Source: an uncultured Actinomycetes bacterium (GTDB taxonomy: Bacteria > Actinomycetota > Thermoleophilia > UBA2241). From it: 64,000 nt of DNA. The stretch spans positions 416,001 to 480,000 of the forward strand of contig CAVRZA010000006.1 of NCBI GenBank assembly GCA_963725665.1. The letters are read 5' to 3'. This document shows positions 46,380-56,977 of this stretch, in pieces (within the stretch, counting starts at the first letter, position 1; each line of letters begins with the position of its first letter). The notes beneath the pieces were generated by a model that was not told the DNA's origin, made no database searches, and saw nothing but the letters and a program-made list of their open reading frames with translations. The translations under genes and the position numbers were made by a program.

Positions 46380-46688
46380 GGCTCCTCCCCTGTTTGCCGA
46401 TCGAGGGAGGTGTCGACGGTGTCCCGGTCCGAAGCCCCCGCGGCCCCGTCGCCGGCGACCTCTCCTCAACCTCCCGTCACAGACGCATACGCCCCCGGCT
46501 CTGGCTCGTTTCCGCCGGGGGCGCGCACTTCATCGGCTTGACCGCCGAATGCGTCGGCGTGGTGGGCTTGACCGCCGGACGCGCGACCTCACGCTCCGGC
46601 CCTCTCGTCACTCCACCCACAGGCTCCCCGACCATGATTCCCGCACGAACATCTGTCGGACCCGGACTCCAGCCTGACTCTACGCCCA

Positions 46689-46717
46689 TTTATAACGGTT
46701 GGCGTTGCCCCGGACAA
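46689..46717 (-). promoter_or_regulatory. Putative sigma-A promoter of the ABC/MttB operon
   Basis: TTGTCC-17 bp-TATAAA. Confidence 0.6.
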
Positions 46718-46800
46718 GCCCGCTACGGCCAGCGCAACAGGAGTCTCTGCGCCGCTTGGACGACCCTCCGACATAGAATCCGCTCGGCTTCACACCCGTC

Positions 46801-47922
46801 TTAGAAGACACCTTCGGGCAGCGTCATCGGGCGGCCGTACCGCTCCATGATCGCCGGCAGCCTCTCGAGCGGGAGGGCGTGGAAGACGTTGCCTCCCGCG
46901 CCCTCCATGGTCGTCGCCATGAACAGGGAGTTGACCACCGCCTCGGCGGTCGCGTCGACGGCGGCCTCGAACAGCGCGCTGATGCGGTCGTCGCCGATGA
47001 TGTCGAGGGTGATCGGCGACTCGGTGGTGCGTGGCACTCGGGCCGCCGTGCTGAAGGCGAGCATGATCTCGCCGCTGCCGTCCGCCGCGTATGACCCGAC
47101 CTGCGCCAGGCCGAGAGCGCCTCGCAGCGCGAGGCGCTCGCACTGCCTGGCGCTCAGCGGTGCATCAGTCGCGATAACGACGATGCACGATCCGGGACGG
47201 TTCTCGACCGGCATCAGGTCGCCGATCTCGCGGCCGACCGGGGCGCCGTCGATGACGAGGCGGTGACGCAGACCGAAATTGCTCAGGACGAGGGCTCCCA
47301 GAGTGTACTGCCCGTCGTATATCGAGACCACGCGGGAGGAGGTGCCGATGCCGGCCTTGAAGTCGAAGGCGGTCATGCCCGTGCCGGCTCCGACGGAGCC
47401 CTCGGCCACCGGCCCCCCGCTCGCCCCGTCGAGCGCCGCGAAGACGTGCTCCGCGTTCACGTGCATGCCGCGCGCGTCGTTGAGCGAGCCGTCGTCGCAC
47501 TCGCCGACGACGGGCATGACCGCGTCGTCGATGCCGGCCAACTCGTCGCGCGCCATCACCCAGCGCACGGTGGCGTCGTAGACCTGGCCGACCGCCTGCG
47601 AGTTCGTGAGCATGACCGGCGTCTCGATGACGCCCCACTCGCGGATGGCCGTGCTACCCACGACCTCGCCCACTCCATTCGCCGTGAAGACACCGGCGAC
47701 GACCTTCTCGCGGAAGAGGTTGCCTGCGTGCGGGAGTATGGCGGTGACGCCCGTGCGGGCGGGCCCGCTGCCGGAGGGCAGCTCGGGCCCGCCCCACGAG
47801 ACCGTGCAGTGCCCGACAAGGACGCCGGGCACGTCGGTGATGGCGTTAAGCGGCCCTGTGGGCACCGGGCCGATAGTGATGCCCAGCTCCCGCGACCGGG
47901 CTCTGCCTTCGGTCATCGGCAT
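46801..47922 (-). CDS. DmpA-family (P1/S58) L-aminopeptidase/D-esterase-amidase
   Basis: NAITDVPGVLVGH, VVGECDD, GAGTGM, G-SCIVVIATDAPL cleavage site, GSGE. Confidence 0.9.
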   Translation of the reverse strand: MPMTEGRARSRELGITIGPVPTGPLNAITDVPGVLVGHCTVSWGGPELPSGSGPARTGVTAILPHAGNLFREKVVAGVFTANGVGEVVGSTAIREWGVIETPVMLTNSQAVGQVYDATVRWVMARDELAGIDDAVMPVVGECDDGSLNDARGMHVNAEHVFAALDGASGGPVAEGSVGAGTGMTAFDFKAGIGTSSRVVSIYDGQYTLGALVLSNFGLRHRLVIDGAPVGREIGDLMPVENRPGSCIVVIATDAPLSARQCERLALRGALGLAQVGSYAADGSGEIMLAFSTAARVPRTTESPITLDIIGDDRISALFEAAVDATAEAVVNSLFMATTMEGAGGNVFHALPLERLPAIMERYGRPMTLPEGVF

Positions 47923-47964
47923 TTCCGACCTGCGGTCATCGGTTCCTCCAGCCTTCTGCGTCGG

Positions 47965-48768
47965 CTATTCCAGCAGGCCGGCGCGATGAGCCTTGAGGTA
48001 GTTGCCGCAGTAGGGGTCCTCGCCGCGCAGCGCCTCGGCGGCCTTGATGGTGGCCAGCATCTCCTTGTTGCGCACGTCGAGCACGGCGCCGTCGATGCCC
48101 AGGCCCATGCACATGGCGACGAAGGTGCGGTTGAGCAGGGGGCGGTTGGGCAGGCCGAAGCTGACGTTGGAGAGGCCGCCGATGGTGCGCACGGGGAGGC
48201 GCTCCTTGACCATCCTTAGGGTCTCCATGGTGATCACGCCGGCGCTGGAGTCGGCCGAGACGGTGAGCACCAAGGGATCGACCCAGAGCTCGGCGGCGGG
48301 CAGGCCGGCGGCGGTCACCAGCTCGTGCATCTTGGCCGCCACGGCGAAGCGCTCGGCGGCCGTCGCGGGCACGCCCTCGTCGGAGAGGCAGAGGCCCACC
48401 ACGGAGCAGCCGTGGGCCTTTATCATGGGCAGGGCGGCGTCGATACGCTTCTGCTCGCCGCTGATGGAGTTGATGAAGGGCACCTGGCCACCGCCGGCGA
48501 GGGCCGCCTCGACGCCGGCCCTTAAGGCCTCGGGGCTGGCCGAGTCGACCATGAGGCGCCGCTGCGAGACGCTGCGCACCGTCTCGATGAGCCAGCGCAT
48601 GTCGGCCACCTCGTCGCCGCCGGCCACGCCGGCGTTGACGTCGAGGACCGCGGCGCCCGCCTCGTCCTGCTCTCGCGCGAGGCCCTTGATGAACTCGGCG
48701 TCGCGCGCCGAGATGGCCTCGCCCACCTGCTTACGTGTACCGTTGATCGATTCACCCACGAGCAGCAT
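47965..48768 (-). CDS. Pterin-binding methyltetrahydrofolate:corrinoid methyltransferase (AcsE/MtgA-like)
   Basis: MLLVGESING, LDVNAG, INSISGE, GLSNVSFGLPNR, DPYCGNYLKAHR. Confidence 0.88.
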   Translation of the reverse strand: MLLVGESINGTRKQVGEAISARDAEFIKGLAREQDEAGAAVLDVNAGVAGGDEVADMRWLIETVRSVSQRRLMVDSASPEALRAGVEAALAGGGQVPFINSISGEQKRIDAALPMIKAHGCSVVGLCLSDEGVPATAAERFAVAAKMHELVTAAGLPAAELWVDPLVLTVSADSSAGVITMETLRMVKERLPVRTIGGLSNVSFGLPNRPLLNRTFVAMCMGLGIDGAVLDVRNKEMLATIKAAEALRGEDPYCGNYLKAHRAGLLE

Positions 48769-48950
48769 CTTCCAGGACCTCCACGTACGACGTGCGGGAC
48801 CAGCCCGAGAGAGGGCGAGTCAGAGAGAGGCTCATTCTATCGACTGTGGATGAGGCCGCAAGGACGGGCTAGTGGTGAGGCGGCTGGCGGGCGACAGGGC
48901 GCCGACGGCGGGGCGGCCGGGCCACCGGCCGCCCCGCCGTCGGCGCCTCT

Positions 48951-51900
48951 TCAGGAGGTCGGCTCGACCTGGGCGCCGCCGGAGACGTCTCCGACGTCCC
49001 GTTTGGCGGCGTCGTCGCGCCGGCCGCGTCCGGCCCCGCGCGCGACCGCGCCGTCCGCGCCGATCCCGACCGCACCCTCAGCGCCGGCCGCACCATCGAC
49101 CGAGACGCAGCGGGTCAGGAACACCTCCACGACCTGGGGATCGAATTGGCGCCCCGCTTGGAGGCGAAGCTCCGCGCACACCTCTTTCACCGTGCGTGAT
49201 CCTCTGTAGGGACGACTCGAGACCATGGCCTGGAAGGCGTCGCAAACGGCGAGAAGACGCGCCGGCAGCGGGATCTCCTCCGCTTTCAAGCCATCGGGGT
49301 AACCCGCACCGTCCCAGCGCTCGTGATGGTAGAGCACGATGGGCCACAGCTCACGCGGCGCGCCGGCGTTGGCGAGGATGTCGACGCTCATCCTTGGGTG
49401 ACGCCTGATCTCTTGCCACTCTGCCTCGGTCAGCTCGCCCTGCTTCTCGAGGATCTCCGCCGGCACGCCGATCTTGCCCACGTCGTGCAGGCGGGCGGCG
49501 ACCGCGAGCTGCTCGACCTCTTCGAAGGAGAGGCCGATCTCGCGCGCAAGACACTGCGTCATGGCGGCCACGCTCTCGCTGTGACCTTCGCGGAACGAGG
49601 TCTTGGCGTCGACCGCCGCGGCCAGGACGTCGATCCCCGTGCGCTTGAAGCCCTCGTCATGGAGCGGCACCGAGAGCACCATGTCCCTGATGTCGCGGTA
49701 GTAGAACGAGCGATCGCGGCCGTGCCGTTTTGCCCAGAGCAGCGCGGTGTCGGCCGCCGAGACGACCACGGTGGCGTCGGCCCCGCAGGCGGGGAAGTCG
49801 GCGATGCCGCACGATGCCGTGATGGCGTAACTCTCCCCCGATGCCACCTTCACGGTGCTCACGCGGCTGCGCACCCGCTCGGCGAGTCGACGGGCGTCCT
49901 CGCTCGAGGTCTCCGGCATCAGCACGACGAACTCGTCGCCCCCGTAGCGCGCCACGTAGTCCGTGTCGCGGCAGCACGAGACAAGGATCGACGCCACCCT
50001 CTTGAGCACCTTGTCGCCGCGCTGGTGGCCGAAGCGGTCGTTGATCTCCTTGAAGTGGTCGAGGTCAAGCATCAGCAGCGCGAGCTTCTTCGGGTAGCGT
50101 TCCGCACGCTTGATCTCGCGCTGGATGAGCTCCTGCAAATGACCGTGGTTGAAGAGCCCGGTGAGGCTGTCCGTCACCGCGCGCTGCCGACTCTTCTCGT
50201 AGAGCGCCGCGTTCTCCATGGCGATCGCGGCCAGGTTCGCGAAGAGCTTCGTCAGCTCCAGCTCCTCCTCGTCGAAGGTCTTCTCGCCCAGCCTGTCCAG
50301 GCACATCACGCCCATGACCTTGTCGCGGATGGCGAGCGGCACCACGATCGACGCCTGCGGTTCGACGGGGGTGTTCGGCACCTGGACGATGCGCGGGTCG
50401 GTGAGCACGTCATTGCAGAGCACGGCCTGGTTGTGGACGGCCACCCAGCCGCTCAGCCCCTCGCCGAGCTTGATGCGGAAGGCCAGCACCTCCTCCTGCC
50501 ACTCGTCGCGGGCGAAGACGCTCACGAGCTCCCCCGCCTGCTGGTCGACCTTGGCTATCGAGAAGGCGTCGTACTCGACGAGGCTGGCCAGGGTGTCGGC
50601 GATCGTGTCGAGGATGCCCCGCTCGTCGAGGGTCGATAGCACCGACTCGCTCGTGGCCAACAGATCGCGCTGCGACTTGAGCTGGCGTCCCAGGCGTCGA
50701 CCCTGGACCTCGATCTCGCGATACTGCAACGCGTTCTCGATGGCGATCGCCGCCTGGTTGGCGAAGATCTCCACCACGTGGACCATGTCGAGGGTCGGCG
50801 GCCGACGGTCGGCGGGGTCGTAGAGGTCGAGGAGGCCCAGCAGCCGGTTGTCGCGCGAACGTAGGGGAACGAGCAGCGTGTCGTCGGACTGCCACTCGTG
50901 CCGCGGACGGTCCCCAAGGTCTGTGCAGGGGAAGTAGTACTTCTCCTGCGGGCTCCCAGGTGCCAGCTGTTCCCGGCGGAAGTACGCGTTGCCCAGGCGA
51001 AACTCATCGCGCAGGAAGCCGTCGATGATGTCCTTGGGTATGGGCTGGTCGAGGAGGACCTGGTTGACCTCCGGGCTGCCCCCCAGGGCAACGCGGGTGA
51101 TGTAGGACTCGCTGGCCTCGTCGTAGAGGTAGATCGCCACCTCCCGATACGGCAGCGTCTCCTGCACGGCGCGGCCGCAGCGGTCGAGCAGCTCGCCGAG
51201 CTCGTAGGTGGCGCGCAGCTCGTTGCCCAACTGCAGCAACGCCTCGAGCTGACTCGAGCGCTCGCGGAGCTGCTCGGCGAGCTCGGCCTGCTTGCGATAC
51301 AACGACGCGTTGTTCGCCGTGAGAGCCGCGAAGCTCGCGACCGTCAGACCCGTCGTGATGCGTCGCTGCGAGAACGATTCGTCCCTCCCCGGCTCGTCGA
51401 GACAGGCGACCCCGAGCGAGCCGGCCTGCGAAGGCAGGGGCAACGCAAGCACGCAGCGGGCGTCGACTTGGGCCATGGCCTCGGCGTCGGCGCCCGGATG
51501 AGCGGGGGTCAGGACGACGGGGTCGCGCAACGCGCCCGCGAATGCCGAGCGCACCAGCGGCGCGCCGGCCAAACAGCGCTCGCCGCCGTCGTTGCCGGCT
51601 GTCGTCGCGGCCACCCTCAGCCGCTCCCCCTGCTCGAGGTAGATGGTGCAACGCGACACGCCGACGGCTTCGCAGAGCTGCTGGGCGATCATGCCGAGCA
51701 GCTGGTCGAGATCGAGCGTCGAGGCGAGACCGAAGGCCGCCAAGGCGAGGGCGCTCGTTTCGAGATGGCGTGCCGCGCGCGCCTCGTAGACCGTGCTGTA
51801 GGGATGGTAACGGAGGGCGACGAAGATGAAAGCGCCCCCCAGGGCGAAGCAGGCTCCTCCCAGCACCGGATCGAGCCGCGCGAGCGCGTCGACCAGGAGC

Positions 51901-52010
51901 ATCGCCGCCGACGCGAAGAAAGCCACGAGGAGCGCTACCGATACAGGGAGGGCGAGTCGAGCGCGCGCGGGCGCGGGCGACGATGGGGTTAGTTCTCGAT
52001 CCACACTCAT
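48951..52010 (-). CDS. Membrane-associated multi-GAF diguanylate cyclase / HD-GYP phosphodiesterase
   Basis: N-terminal TMs, three GAF-like segments, RDTD..YGGDEF, LHDVGK, HHERWDGAGYP. Confidence 0.9.
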   Translation of the reverse strand: MSVDRELTPSSPAPARARLALPVSVALLVAFFASAAMLLVDALARLDPVLGGACFALGGAFIFVALRYHPYSTVYEARAARHLETSALALAAFGLASTLDLDQLLGMIAQQLCEAVGVSRCTIYLEQGERLRVAATTAGNDGGERCLAGAPLVRSAFAGALRDPVVLTPAHPGADAEAMAQVDARCVLALPLPSQAGSLGVACLDEPGRDESFSQRRITTGLTVASFAALTANNASLYRKQAELAEQLRERSSQLEALLQLGNELRATYELGELLDRCGRAVQETLPYREVAIYLYDEASESYITRVALGGSPEVNQVLLDQPIPKDIIDGFLRDEFRLGNAYFRREQLAPGSPQEKYYFPCTDLGDRPRHEWQSDDTLLVPLRSRDNRLLGLLDLYDPADRRPPTLDMVHVVEIFANQAAIAIENALQYREIEVQGRRLGRQLKSQRDLLATSESVLSTLDERGILDTIADTLASLVEYDAFSIAKVDQQAGELVSVFARDEWQEEVLAFRIKLGEGLSGWVAVHNQAVLCNDVLTDPRIVQVPNTPVEPQASIVVPLAIRDKVMGVMCLDRLGEKTFDEEELELTKLFANLAAIAMENAALYEKSRQRAVTDSLTGLFNHGHLQELIQREIKRAERYPKKLALLMLDLDHFKEINDRFGHQRGDKVLKRVASILVSCCRDTDYVARYGGDEFVVLMPETSSEDARRLAERVRSRVSTVKVASGESYAITASCGIADFPACGADATVVVSAADTALLWAKRHGRDRSFYYRDIRDMVLSVPLHDEGFKRTGIDVLAAAVDAKTSFREGHSESVAAMTQCLAREIGLSFEEVEQLAVAARLHDVGKIGVPAEILEKQGELTEAEWQEIRRHPRMSVDILANAGAPRELWPIVLYHHERWDGAGYPDGLKAEEIPLPARLLAVCDAFQAMVSSRPYRGSRTVKEVCAELRLQAGRQFDPQVVEVFLTRCVSVDGAAGAEGAVGIGADGAVARGAGRGRRDDAAKRDVGDVSGGAQVEPTS

Positions 52011-52152
52011 TCCCTCATCGTCAACTATCGTCGTGTGAGGCCGGATTCTTGACTTTCGCGAGTGCCGTGTGGCGGCCTCGGACGAGCGTCGCGCCGGCAA
52101 TCGATCGAGGAGCAGACTGATCGACTACGACGCCTGTTCAGGTGTGAAAGCG

Positions 52153-52194
52153 GCGACGGGGCCGGCGGCTCTCTCGAGCCGCCGGCCCCGTCGC
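52153..52194 (-). terminator. Terminator hairpin downstream of groEL
   Basis: GCGACGGGGCCGGCGGCTC-TCTC-GAGCCGCCGGCCCCGTCGC. Confidence 0.75.
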
Positions 52195-52290
52195 ACACGC
52201 GAAAGGGATTTCGCTATTCGTATGTCGTTGTGATCCGGCTACCTGCCGGGCCACCTCGTGTTCCGGCTACAGCCGGATGACTACGCCGCT

Positions 52291-52372
52291 AGGCAAGGCA
52301 GCGAGGCACTCGCCGTCAGGCGAACACTACCCGCCGTAAGGCAAGGCAGCGAGGCACTCGCCGTCAGGCGAA
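52291..52372. repeat. Two identical 34-bp direct repeats (48-bp period), REP-like
   Basis: AGGCAAGGCAGCGAGGCACTCGCCGTCAGGCGAA at 52291 and 52339. Confidence 0.85.
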
Positions 52373-52375
52373 GGC

Positions 52376-54022
<1,647 letters not shown>

Positions 54023-54313
54023 TTACTTCTGGACGATGGCCAGGATCTCGCTGGCACGCAGGATCAGGACTTCGTCGCCATCGGGCGTCTTGTACTCGGT
54101 CCCGGAGTACTTGCCGTAGATGACGACGTCGCCTACCTTGACGTCGACGGGTACGCGCTTGCCCTCTTCGTACTTCCCCTCCCCGACGGCGAGCACCTTG
54201 CCCTTCATCGGCTTCTCCTTGGCGGTGTCGGGAAGCACGATGCCGCTGGCCGTCTTATCCTCTTCTTCGAGGGCTTTGACGACGACGCGATCCTCGAGCG
54301 GCTTCAGTTTCAC
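54023..54313 (-). CDS. groS: Co-chaperonin GroES
   Basis: [25 protein letters not shown]. Confidence 0.97.
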   Translation of the reverse strand: MKLKPLEDRVVVKALEEEDKTASGIVLPDTAKEKPMKGKVLAVGEGKYEEGKRVPVDVKVGDVVIYGKYSGTEYKTPDGDEVLILRASEILAIVQK

Positions 54314-54350
54314 TTCACATCCCTCCTTCACTGCTGTCTTATTGATGATT

Positions 54351-54377
54351 CTGGCACTCTCAATGCAAGAGTGCCAA
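54351..54377 (-). promoter_or_regulatory. CIRCE element (HrcA operator)
   Basis: TTGGCACTC-N9-GAGTGCCAG upstream of groES. Confidence 0.9.
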
Positions 54378-54393
54378 CTTCTTGCGGGTTGCT

Positions 54394-54423
54394 ATGGTAT
54401 GGCCCCCTCCGGGTCCCTGTCAA
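54394..54423 (-). promoter_or_regulatory. Sigma-A promoter of groESL
   Basis: TTGACA-18 bp-TACCAT just upstream of CIRCE. Confidence 0.7.
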
Positions 54424-54729
54424 ACGTCGCGACGACGTGTCCGGCGTCCGACCGGACCATCCCATCGGATGCCCGACTGCGACAAGGCGATGCCTACTGA
54501 GCGGGCCTTTCGGCAGGCCTCGCGTACGAGTGCCGAATCGCGCGACGAACGCGCGTACACCGGGGACCATTCGGGCACACGTGCGCGCGGCGAGACTGCG
54601 GGGACCTCCTGTAGAATCGGGGCCTCGGCGCCGACGGTCGACACTCGACGCCGGCGGTCGGTCGCGGGACCCGACGGTCGCTGGCACAGCGCCGGCGTGC
54701 TCAGTACCGGCCAAACGAGGGAGGAGCAG

Positions 54730-55167
54730 GTGCGCGTGCTCGTGCAGCGCGTGGAGGAGGCGGCGGTGAGCGTCGACCGCGAAGTCGTCGGCGCCATCGG
54801 CGCGGGCCTTTTGGCGCTCGTCGGGGTCGCTCCCGCCGACACGCGCGAGACGGCGAGAAGGCTCGCCGCCAAGACGGCCAGGCTGCGGGTCTTCGACGAT
54901 GAGGGCGGCCTCATGAACCTCAGCCTGGCCGACGTGGGCGGCGAGGTGCTCGTCGTCTCGCAGTTCACCCTCTACGCCGACACCCGACGCGGCAACCGGC
55001 CGAGCTTCACCGACGCCGCCCCTCCCGAGCAGGGCGAAGAGCTCTACCTGGCCTATGTGGACGAGCTGCGCGCCGAAGGCGTCCGTGTCGCCACGGGCGT
55101 CTTCGGCGCGCACATGCGTGTCTCGCTGGTCAACAACGGCCCCGTGACGATCCTGTTCGAAGCCTAG
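54730..55167 (+). CDS. dtd: D-aminoacyl-tRNA deacylase
   Basis: RVLVQRV, VSQFTL, GNRPSF, NGPVT. Confidence 0.95.
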   Translation: MRVLVQRVEEAAVSVDREVVGAIGAGLLALVGVAPADTRETARRLAAKTARLRVFDDEGGLMNLSLADVGGEVLVVSQFTLYADTRRGNRPSFTDAAPPEQGEELYLAYVDELRAEGVRVATGVFGAHMRVSLVNNGPVTILFEA

Positions 55168-55221
55168 GGCGGTCTTCTCAACGGCCCGGTGACGATCCTG
55201 CTCGAAGCCGGCGGCGGTCTT
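55134..55221 (+). repeat. Imperfect tandem duplication (45-bp period) of the dtd 3' end
   Basis: CAACGGCCCCGTGACGATCCTGTTCGAAGCC vs CAACGGCCCGGTGACGATCCTGCTCGAAGCC. Confidence 0.85.
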
Positions 55222-56933
55222 CAGACCTGCCCGGTCACGAACCGCGGCGCGAGGCGCCAGAGATCGATACCCAGCTTCCTGTTCTCGCTGTAGTCGATGG
55301 AGACGTCGACGACCACAGGCCCGTCGACCTGCAGCGCCCGTTGTAGCGCGGGCGCAAGCTCGGACGCCTTCTCGACCCGCATCCCCTCGGCGCCGAACGA
55401 GCGCGCGAGGCTGGCGAAGTCGGGGTTGCCGAACCTGGTTCCCGTGACGTGGCCAAAGCGACGCTCCTGGTGCATCTCGATGAGCCCGTATGAGCCGTCG
55501 GTCCAGATCATGCAGACCAACGGGACGCGCAGCCTGACGGCCGTCTCGAGCTCGTGCGCGCTCATAAGGAAACCGCCGTCGCCCATCACCGTCACGACCT
55601 TGTGCCGGCCCCGCGCGGCCAGAGCCGCGGAGACGGCTGCAGGAAGGGCGAACCCCATCGCCGCGAAGCCGTTCGAGATCCACACGGTGTTCGGCTCGTG
55701 GGCCTGCCAGAGCCGCGCGATCCAGAGCTTGTGCGCACCCACGTCGGAGACGAGAAGGTCGCTCGGCCCCATGACCGCGCGCAGATCGTGCAGCACGCGC
55801 TGCGGCTTGATGGGACGGTCATCGTCGCCACCCACGTCGAGCACCGACGCCAGGGCCTCGCGATAGGGCGGCATCTCGTAGGCGGCCGGCGGACTTACCG
55901 AGAGCATCTCGCCGAGCTGCGTGAGGATGCCGCCGATGTCGCCAATGAGCTCCACCTGGGGCACGAAGTGAGCGTCGATGTCCGCCGCGGCGGTGTCGAT
56001 GCACACGATACGCAGCTTGCCGTCGGGGTTCCAGGCCTCGGGCGACCACTCGACGAGGTCGTAGCCTACGGTCACCACGAGGTCGACCTTGCCCATCAGC
56101 CCTTGCGGGTAGTCCTGGCCCCGTAGGCCGGCGGTGAACAGGTAGTGATCGTCACGCGCGTCGACCACGCCCTTGCCCATGAAAGTGGTGATCACGTGCA
56201 GACCCGTCTGCTCGCAGAAACGCCGCAGCTCGGGCGCCGAGCGCGTGCGCACGACGCCGTTGCCCACCAGCATCACCGGACGCCGCGCCGCCTGCAGCAG
56301 GCGCGCCGCGCAGTCGAGCGACTCGTACGCAGGCTCAGTCGGCGCGACGCCCACACGCGGCAGCGGAGAGCCGGCGGCCGGGCGTGCCATGACGTCCTCG
56401 GGCAGCTCGAGGTGCGTCGCGCCCGGCTTCTCGGCGGCGGCCACGGCGAACGCCTTGCGCACCGTCTCGGGCACGACCCGCGGGTCGCCTACGCTCGCGT
56501 TCCACTTCGTGATCGGCCGCAGCATGTCGACGACGTCGATGTACTGGTGCGTCTCCTTGTGCATCTGCTGCACCCCGACCTGCCCCGTGAGGGCGACCAT
56601 GGGGGCGCGGTCGAGGTAGGCGTCGGCGATCCCCGTGGTGAGGTTGGTCGCCCCCGGTCCGAGGGTCGAGAGACACACACCGGGCCGCCCCGTGTAGCGG
56701 CCGTAGGCGTCGGCCATGAAGGCGGCGCTCTCCTCGTGGCGCACGGGGATGAAATGGACGCTCTCGCTGTGCTCGATCGCCTCGTTGACGTCGAGCGTCT
56801 CCTCGCCGGGGATGCCGTAGACGTACTCGACGCCTTCGTTCTCGAGACAGCGGACGAGCAGCTCGGCGGCCGTCTGCTCGTGGGGTCCGGTGGCGCGCGC
56901 CTCGGGGAAGGCCGACTTCACTGGTTTGGTCAT
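55221..56933 (-). CDS. Acetolactate synthase large subunit-like TPP enzyme
   Basis: GIPGEET, RHEESAAFMA, TLGPGATN, MGDGGFLM; no small subunit adjacent. Confidence 0.88.
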   Translation of the reverse strand: MTKPVKSAFPEARATGPHEQTAAELLVRCLENEGVEYVYGIPGEETLDVNEAIEHSESVHFIPVRHEESAAFMADAYGRYTGRPGVCLSTLGPGATNLTTGIADAYLDRAPMVALTGQVGVQQMHKETHQYIDVVDMLRPITKWNASVGDPRVVPETVRKAFAVAAAEKPGATHLELPEDVMARPAAGSPLPRVGVAPTEPAYESLDCAARLLQAARRPVMLVGNGVVRTRSAPELRRFCEQTGLHVITTFMGKGVVDARDDHYLFTAGLRGQDYPQGLMGKVDLVVTVGYDLVEWSPEAWNPDGKLRIVCIDTAAADIDAHFVPQVELIGDIGGILTQLGEMLSVSPPAAYEMPPYREALASVLDVGGDDDRPIKPQRVLHDLRAVMGPSDLLVSDVGAHKLWIARLWQAHEPNTVWISNGFAAMGFALPAAVSAALAARGRHKVVTVMGDGGFLMSAHELETAVRLRVPLVCMIWTDGSYGLIEMHQERRFGHVTGTRFGNPDFASLARSFGAEGMRVEKASELAPALQRALQVDGPVVVDVSIDYSENRKLGIDLWRLAPRFVTGQV

Positions 56934-56977
56934 CGTAGTCGCTATGTTACAGGCTGGCGATGGGCACAAACCGTCGG

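Noticed and set aside
46400-46690. Lysine, T-box or guanidine-II riboswitch; 70-aa leader ORF
   Set aside because: No T-box sequence, ACGR loops or lysine-aptamer core recognised; the ORF start overlaps the putative -10 box.
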